Source of the DNA: the human T2T-CHM13v2.0 reference genome, Homo sapiens
Direction: 5' to 3' (one strand)
DNA: 64,000 nt
NCBI RefSeq assembly: GCF_009914755.1
Contig: NC_060932.1
The notes beneath the pieces are model-generated. The model did not search any database, was not told the DNA's origin, and saw only the letters and a program-made list of their open reading frames with translations. Every line of letters starts with the position of its first letter. Positions within the stretch are counted from its first letter, which is position 1. Positions 53,037 to 64,000 of this stretch are shown one piece after another. Position numbers and translations under genes: made by a program.

Positions 53037-53460
53037 TTTTTCAATTTACTTGTGAGGATATAAACTGAAGAGTTATTTGCATGTAGCTGATAATATATCC
53101 TGGAATAAAACACAAGCGGCAGGTTTTACCATGGGGACCACGGATATGTAGGGAAGGTCACATGAGGAGGAGCAGTAAAGAGAAAATAGAGATTAAAATC
53201 AGAGACACAAAATTATTCAAATCCCTCCCAAAAATATGAAGCCAAAGAACGTAAACTTTTAAAAGAATTATCAGTCCATTGGCATCAAACACTCCTGAGC
53301 CAAAGAAAAGGTAAAGAATCACGGTTTGTGTGTGGAGATGGGAGTGTCATTGGTCACTAGGAAACTTAAATATAAAAACTTGTGTAAATGGCTTTCATCT
53401 GAATTTGCTATGAATTGAATAGGATATGAGAAAAGAGCAGGGGTTTTTTGAGGGGGAGGG

Positions 53461-54088
<628 letters not shown>

Positions 54089-56994
54089 TACAAAGCAGTT
54101 TTTAATTAGGTGCTTTAGAAATAAAAGGAATATCACAAAGTTGAGGCAGCAGAAAAATCATTTTCTAAATTGCCAAGGCCAAGAAACTGAAGGAGAAATT
54201 CAGTTATGGTTGTGAAATCATTTAATAGGGAAAATACATAGAACCCAAAATGCAGTTTTATGAATATCACATGCATGATTATGTTGAGATGGCAGCAGCC
54301 ACTATGTAGTTTTAAACATATCTCATACATCCTAGGCCCAGTTTCACTTGGCAACAGCTAGATAAGCATGCAGCAAGAGAAAGGCCTTCTGACTCTCGTT
54401 TCCAATTAATGAGTTTGGTAAAGTGTCATTGATTACATTATCAATGTTGAAAAGACGTGAGCACTAGCCCAGTCACCTTCACACTCCTATACTGTAATTA
54501 ACCAAGAACCTGGAACTCCAGGAGCAGACCTTGAAAATCTCTGATCCATTTGCCTTCAGACATTCATTGCCTTAGAAACAGAAAAAGCTGCAATCCTTAA
54601 CTGATCATCTTTATATGCCATATTTTCCTATGTTTCTGTATCTTTTCCAAAGTTCTAGGAATGTACACACATGGAGCACACGGAACAACCATGAGACATA
54701 TGAAATATACCTTTCCATCTTAAATCCGTTAGCTAGATTGTAAGATATTGCCTGTGTTTCAGGTATTAACGCAGAATATGCCATTTGCCAATTTGCTACG
54801 TAATAGAGCAACACATATATAGCATGGCTGCCTTCAAAGAACACCTCAGTGAAGGGCTAATACTTCTCAGTTACTCATATCTGAAACAAACTCCTCAATC
54901 CTCTCAGAGCACTAACGATTAATTTTCCAGATTATCTTCTAAGTATTATTATTGAGAGCTTATTCATTTGAACTATCATCCAACATACATCTGTGTGTTG
55001 TATACTTCTGAGACAAGTGCCTAGGTCTTAGAAAAACAGTAATTATTTTATTCTTTCATAAGAAAACAAATATAAAAATTGACATATATAATGAAGTTGA
55101 GTAAAAATGTTTACCCTCCTATGTTTCAATAATTTAATGGAGAATGTAGTTATTCTCTTGGGTTCTAAATGTCCTGTTTCCATCATGAGCTCCACTAGAA
55201 ATGGTTTTCTTAGAACACAATCAATATTTCGTCCTATTCAATATGCGATTTTTAGTACTGAGTCTTTGAAGAAAACTGCTCAGGTTCTCTCCCTTCTGAA
55301 ATACCTCTGGGTGTGAATGAGTGAGATGAGGCGCTCATTCAGCCTAAACTCATTGCTTTGGAGCAAATGGACTTTGGTTCAACCCATGTCTGTGGATGCC
55401 CCCAGTAGCTGCAGGAAGGTGAGATGTTGTCATTAGGGCTGGGAACTCCTGTGATAGTAGTAGAATTTCTCCTTTTTTCCCTATTCCCTTGGGCGTCTTG
55501 CTGGCCCTGACTGGCTTATCTGTTGCCCAGATCAAAGAGTGACATTTTCTCTTTTCCTGATCTTAATCAGATCCATCTGCACCTTCCTGTTGATGCAGCC
55601 TCACCTTAGTTTTCAGCTGACTTTAAATTTCTGGATTTTTTCATGGTCCTTTGTGCTTCTCTGGGCTAGAGAGTCCGATACAACCTTGTCTACACGTCTG
55701 TTTTCACCACAGTGTTCCTCTACAGCAGGTGCACTGAATCTCAACTCACAGCTCAAGAAGTTAAGAAAGGGAAGAGTTAATTCACAGTTAAGAAAGGCAA
55801 GAGGCACAGCAGAGGAGGTAGACCCTTTCCCTCTGCGTGGCATATCCCATATCCCTTTCCCGTGCTGGACAGCTCCAGGGTGTCCTGGCACCTCCTGCAC
55901 CCACATGAACCTCCGCTGGGAGACCCAGAGAGTGGAGCTGAAGCCCTTTGTCCCTGCTGTCCTCTGACACTCCCTTAGAACAACCCCTCCTCTTTTAGCC
56001 AGAGATGAGAGAACATCAGACATCTGGCTGGTTTTCTCCTCCCAACTGTTTATCTTCTTTTATCTTCTCTCTTACTCCAGAACTACCACAAAGAAGGGCT
56101 TTTGCTAATTCTTCATAACTTCAGCCCCTTCGCTATTCTTAGTATCTGAGAGCATTGTTTGCATTAAGACTAGGGGAGTAGTCCCAATATCTGGTCCAGC
56201 TAGCCAGGCTCCAGAAGCGCTAAAGAATCATAAAAAAAACAAGAAAAGCAGTCTCTCATCAAGAATAGCAGCAAGATTACTGTTTCGATGAAGAATACAA
56301 ATCTCCACCCCTCACTCCCTACACCAGTTCCCCACCTACTGTTTTTTTTTTGCCTGTCGTGGAGCTATAACTATCTGAAAGAAAGGCCAAGAGGAGGATA
56401 GATTTCAGGATAAAATTATTAATATTGCCCCCATTATACTAATACTTCTATCTAAATGTTTTGATAAGACTCTGTTCCAAAAGCTAGGGAGACATAAACA
56501 CAAACATGTATGATGAAGAGTCTTTGTAAAATTAGCAGCTACAAATGTTTCTGCTGTGTAAGCATTTGTAAAAAAAAATGCTAAGTGGAAGAAGAGAATA
56601 CAATTCAATTATGCATGTGAACCCTCAAAGTAGATACACATTAACTTAGAAAATGATAGCATGAAAACCATTACAGTCTTTAATTCGGTAGTGTATCTAG
56701 AAACACATATAAGTGTAATTGTAAGTCTGACAGTTTTTGTAACCGTTGAAATATTCCCCATTTATGCCATTAACTTTAGATAAATATATTCTGTTACTTT
56801 TAAAAATGGAATGTTTTATAATCATTTTGTTCTAATTCTATAGAAGGAGTAGCTAGCTATAATGTTGGCATGCATCACCCATTTCTGTCTTATACCATCT
56901 CCATTTGTGTTTAGTATTTTTAAGTTCTACTACTGTAATGGGAATGTATGCTAAATATAGAAGTAATTATTTGCAAAGCAAGAATAACATTTCC

Positions 56995-57281
56995 AGTTGG
57001 GCACAATGACTCACGCCAATCCCAGCACTTTGGGAGACCAAGGTAGGCAGATCGCTTGAGCCCAGGTGTTTGAGACCAGCTTGGGGAATACAGTGAGACA
57101 TCATCTCTTAAAAGTAAAAAAAAAAAAAAATAGCCAGGCATGGTAGCATGCACCTGTACTCCCAGCTACTCAGGAAGCCGAGGCAGGAGGATTGCTTGAG
57201 CCTGGGAGGCAGAGGTTTCAGTGAACCAAGACTGCACCACTGAACTCTAGCCTGGTGGGCTACAGAGTGACAGCCAGTCTC
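56995..57281 (+). mobile_element. AluJ (Jb-like), tail missing
   Basis: GATCGCTTGAGCCCAGG, GGAGGATTGCTTGAGCCTGGGAGG. Confidence 0.9.
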
Positions 57282-57324
57282 ACTCTGCAATGGGAATTGC
57301 ACTGGATTTATCGATTGCCAAAAG

Positions 57325-57864
57325 CATACGAAGAAGATACTTGCACAGTTAAGTTTATAGCAGCAAAATTCGCAACTGCAACCAGCCTAAATGCCCATCA
57401 AGCAATGAGTGCATAAGGAAAATGTGATACACACACACACACACACACACACACATAAATATCTATATATCTCCCCATACACACACACACCCAATGGAAT
57501 ACTGATCAGCCATAAAATGGAATGAAATCATGGCATTTGCAGCAACCTGGATGGAAATGGAGACAATTACTCTAAGTGAAGTACCTCAGGAATAGAAAAC
57601 CAAACATCGTATGTTCTCACTTATAAGAAGTGGGAGCTAAGCTATGAGCATGAAAAGGCATAAGAATGATACAACAACTTTCAGGACTAGGGGGAAAGGG
57701 TGGGAGGCAGATGGGAAACAAAAGACTACACCTTGGGTACAAGGTACACTGCCTGGGTGATGAGTGTACCAAAGTCTCAGAAATCACTAAAGGACCTATT
57801 CATGTAACCAAACACCATCTGTTCCCTAAAAATCTAATGAAATTAAAAAAAAAATAAAGAAAAA
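57325..57864 (+). mobile_element. L1PB 3' end
   Basis: AAGATACTTGCAC, CTAAGTGAAGTACCTCAGGAAT, CAAACATCGTATGTTCTCAC, GTAACCAAACACCA; A-rich tail. Confidence 0.88.
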
Positions 57865-58015
57865 TTATTACCCTTCTCAAATTATGCACACTTCCCCATC
57901 TCTCTTTTCCCTAAGAAGAGTATATAACCATCTGCACGCCATCACATGGTCGAGCAATCACTCTCATTTCTACGTCCATGCATGATGATCAACATGTATG
58001 TGTTTGATCCTATTT
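57865..58015 (+). mobile_element. possible MER4-group LTR 3' fragment
   Basis: AAGAGTATATAA...AATCACTCT...CCATGCA...TGTATG resembles the TATA/R region of an ERV1 LTR. Confidence 0.35.
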
Positions 58016-58334
58016 TAAAAAAAACAAGAACAGCTCCCTTCTGTTTATTTAGCGTGTGAGCATGCGTTTTTTCATAAAAAGTGAGCATTAGTTACCTAAG
58101 CAGAACATTGTTTTCTAATTTTAAATGTATAAGCATATTCAACTGAAGATTATCTTTCCATGAAAGAGGAAGTCGAAAAAGATATAATCTTAAGTGGAAA
58201 AGAGAAGTTACTTCATTCAAAATAAGAAATCATTAGGAACATGGAAATGAAGAAAGCTTCGGGAGATACGTGATCTGTTGCAGGGTTTTCATGAAACTTC
58301 TGTGTGCCCATGAGCAATGTCAACAAGCCTGAGA

Positions 58335-58337
<3 letters not shown>

Positions 58338-58365
<28 letters not shown>

Positions 58366-58405
58366 GAGACGGAATCTTGCTCTTTTGCCCAGGCCACAGT
58401 GCAGC
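58338..58405 (-). mobile_element. severely 5'-truncated Alu (T28 plus ~40 nt)
   Basis: T28-GAGACGGAATCTTGCTCTTTTGCCCAGGC..GTGCAG; TSD CCTGAGACTC/CCTGAGATTC. Confidence 0.88.
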
Positions 58406-59066
58406 ACCTGAGATTCACTTTTATTTGCTAATGAAACAGACAATATGCATCACTTGTTCTAAGATTCTGCTTTAAATTGCGGCAGTAAGATGAAGAAATA
58501 GATATTAATAAGATTTCAAATTAACTAGATTTGAATCTCAAAATACAAATATGTTTGAATAACAAAGACATGAAGGGAAAAACCTTAATACTGACATGTA
58601 TCTCAATATTACATGCTAATTATACAGTATTTATAATCGGAAAATAATGTAATGTCAGGATACATCTTTCTAATTAAAACAATTTTCTTCCAATGTTCTA
58701 ATGGCTCCAATTGTCACAATTTTAAGCTTGTTCTTTAAAACATTCTAGAGTAGGAAAAAATGGGTTGTCATACACCTGCTACTGAAAAGACTTAGATGAT
58801 TTTTAAATACCTTTGTCTAGGTCATACATACTGGTATCAATTTCTAACTTGGTATCTCTCTAGAAATATCAAATAGCTAGTATTACTTTATCAGTCAAGG
58901 AAGAGATATGCCATCTTTTATGTTGCTAATGCCACATCTGGCAAAGTGTTTAGAGCAGGTGGTTCTACAATGACAAGTTTCCTGACAACAGAACTCCAAG
59001 TAGCTGAGAATGTAGAAGGATGATCTGTAGTATGTGGTGGGCCTCACTCCAAGGAGGCTGTTGTAA

Positions 59067-59508
<442 letters not shown>

Positions 59509-60820
59509 ACTCTGCAACATTTAGCTACAGCTTTCAAACAAATGCTAACAGATTTATCAATTAGTTTCTCATTTATCAAAATTATTGATCAGCACTGTTC
59601 TTTCACCTATGAATGACCCTATCTTGTGTGGTATTTTCTTTTCAAGGTCTTTTTATGTCTAATTGAAACTTTTAAACCATAAAATAACTGACATTCTCAA
59701 TAAAAAATAAAAGTCTCTAATTCACAAATCCATTTAAGATGCTCCAGAATATATTCTTGAGAATGTTTTTTAAAAGCTTCTTCCAGGAAACAGTCAAAAT
59801 TATTTACTGAGCACCTAATATGTACACAGCTTTGTAAATAAGTATGAGACAAGTGTTCTGTAAGAATCTCAGTCGTAACATTCACTAGCTGGTGACTTTT
59901 AGCCATGTAAATGCTTAGAGCTTTAAGAGTTTTGTGTTTAAAATGGGAATAATGATAAAACTTTGTGTGATCAGCATACAGATTAATAAATAAAGATGTT
60001 CCTAGCCTGGAATTTACTATGTGTTTAAATATATGACAAACCGTATTTCCCCTTGTGTGTAATTCCTCCCCACAAAAACAGCAACAAAGGACCATCATTA
60101 GTAATGAGGGAGCTTCAATTCTACATGTGAAAACAATTTAAACAATACACCATATAGTGAAGTACTAAATTACAGAATAAAATAATTAGAATAGAGTTTC
60201 AAACATAGGCAAGGGCTAAAGAGGTTAACGTCATATGTGAGAAATTGATGAGCCTTTCAAAGAATGGGTATGATTTTACTGGCTTTTCCTCATGTTCACG
60301 CTTAAGTTCAATGTCCTTAGCTTAACATTCAAGAAACTTTCCTCTCTGAATCCTGGCCACCTAACTGGCATAATCCCCCTTTTTTGTCTTTATACCACCC
60401 CTGGATCTTGCCATATTTGTAGTTGTAACACCATCCTAGATGTCAACAATGTGAATTTCAATCAGCACATATTGTAGTCTGCAGCTGAATTTATTAGTAC
60501 AGAAACTCCTTTTGAAAAAAGCAGTTTTACCTTGAATCTAATGAAGATTTTTGTTTTATACATCAGGCTCCTGAATTTTCCTCATGTGAGTCTATTTCTA
60601 AAAGATGCATCTGCTTTTAGGAAGCTATTAAAATAAGTTTTCTAAGCCATTAAGGTGAGAGAAAGATCCCAGATTAAAAGTGTACCAAAGTAGTAAATAT
60701 CATCATTTTAAGCTCTCATGAGAAGTAAAAGGTTGGCTTTTTTCTCCAGACCTCATCTAGGGCTCTCTGGACCAATGTATTAGCACCAGGTTGATAAGCC
60801 TTTCTTTCCAAGTGAATTCC

Positions 60821-60837
60821 CACACCATCTAGTGGAG
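60821..60837 (-). promoter_or_regulatory. CTCF-like motif (CCACTAGATGGTGT)
   Basis: Reverse complement of ACACCATCTAGTGG; near-consensus core; motif only. Confidence 0.3.
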
Positions 60838-62399
60838 GTAGACAGACACACACATAATTAACTTATGGACAGTATCAGCATGCCAAAAGAGAGATCTAAA
60901 TACGAGTACATTAAAATAGTGTATACTCTCTGCTCTATAGTAATTTGTATTTGGGAAAATATAGCTGTGGTTAGGGAAGTAATTACTGATTAAATACAAG
61001 CCATAGAGAAAGCAGCTTGAAGCAAGCTTGGAAGTTGCAAACTTATGGACATGGAAGAAGTTCTGGCTCTCTGGTTTAATGAATTAAAATAAGTAAGATA
61101 CTAGCAAATGGGATTTCGCAGTTCCTGGTCCCATAGGAAACTGTTTTGTGTGTGTTATAAATTGTCAAAGCTTCCAAATGCTTTTCATTTATATATCCAT
61201 CCTGTGTTTGCCGTTCCAGGAGCATATGTTTGTACATGTGCACATGCATGTATGCAGACATCGAGATTCATTCATTTGCTCCACGCAAATTCTTGTGTTC
61301 AGCAACATCACGAGTTCTAAAAAAGTCAATAAAAATTGCCCTCTATGCCTTTCGTGCAAGGCACAGGGCCAGCCACATCAGCAATTACTTTCATTAGAGC
61401 TGCTGGAGTTTGAAATAGGATGGCTGGGATCCAGACTGACCTGCAATCTTGAAGTCTTTAAATTTAATACAACCCATATTTTAGGCCGTTCAGGCTAATT
61501 TGCCTTTTTTTTCAGATTTTTTAATGGACACTTTGTTTCTAAGAGTTTCTCTCTAATAGAGTGCATACAGATCAGTTTTTTTTTTTTTTTTCCTTTTTAA
61601 AAAACTATTGATGAGCTCATGCTTTTAAAGGATTATTAGGGCATTTGAAGAACATTTTTTATTTAATAGCAGAAAAATTGAACTCAACATGGATTTACCA
61701 GGTGCCAATCTTTTGTATATTGCAATGACTCAGTACAATACCAACTTCACAACTTTATTTTAGATAATATTATGTCATATTCCCTAAGTATTTTAACAGG
61801 TGTTTCTTAACATGAAACTGAGTCCATTTAAAATCTGAAAGTTAATATACGCTGAGCATGCAATATGATATACTTGATTTTAAGAAAATGAGTTTTTACA
61901 AAGAAAATTGAAGATAACCTTCTTCAGCTCCACATAAAGCTTCTGTTTGAAGCTGGGAGTCGAGGATTCATCAAAACAGGGGTTCCATCCAAATTAAGAG
62001 AAAAACTCTTCAAACGGTTTCTGAAATAACTTAATGAATTTCAGCATTGTATGCTTATTTAAAATATTAGATATATGTCTTGAAACCTGTAATCAAGTCA
62101 AAGTGCTTTTATAATATTTCTACAGGAATAAAATTAAGTGTGCTCCAATCAAACCCACACGTATTGTTATTACATTTTATTCACCAAAGAGGTGTATCAG
62201 ATGTTAGTTGTTTATGACCACAACTATTTTATATTATTTGGACATGTTTTAAAAACATAGGTAATTTCAAGCTTCCAGTGGCCCAAGCAGCACCATCCCC
62301 TCACCCAGAGAGGAGAACCTCCCAGGTCAGCTTCTACCTTCCCAGCAGTAGCTCCCCTGTCTGATGTTTGCTTTGAGCCTGTCTAGACCAATCCATCAT

Positions 62400-63923
<1,524 letters not shown>

Positions 63924-64000
63924 AAAATGTCCTCACTTTTTAAAGCTTCCACTTTTACATAAGACATTAGTCTGATTACTGAAAGATATTACTCAACCAA

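Noticed and set aside
55539-56023. Overlapping 142-aa and 136-aa ORFs, including a CWTAPGCPG zinc-finger-like stretch
   Set aside because: Non-ATG or unsupported starts, no complete zinc-finger spacing, and no recognisable homology

Overview
AT-rich, repeat-dense primate (probably human or hominoid) genomic DNA that looks intergenic or deep-intronic. It holds 13 Alu copies (AluJ, S and Y, plus a monomer and a fragment), many L1 pieces including a ~5.4 kb old L1PA copy with target-site duplications (TSDs), L2 and MIR relics, MaLR/ERVL LTRs, hAT, mariner and piggyBac DNA-transposon relics, a 64-bp minisatellite and microsatellites. I found no protein-coding gene, RNA gene or CRISPR array I can support. 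The supplied ORFs are chance frames or decayed Alu/L1/L2 frames. I cannot support a new biological system here. The strongest unexplained signals are a cluster of near-perfect RFX X-box palindromes at 2.3-5.4 kb, a recursive-splice-site-like motif (Yn-CAG|GTAAGT) at 38864/38865, several isolated exon-like segments with good splice sites, a nested and directly abutting inverted Alu pair at 53.5-54.1 kb, and a tandem pair of hairpin MITEs at 41.8 kb. Repeat subfamily calls come from remembered consensus features, and old-element boundaries are approximate.
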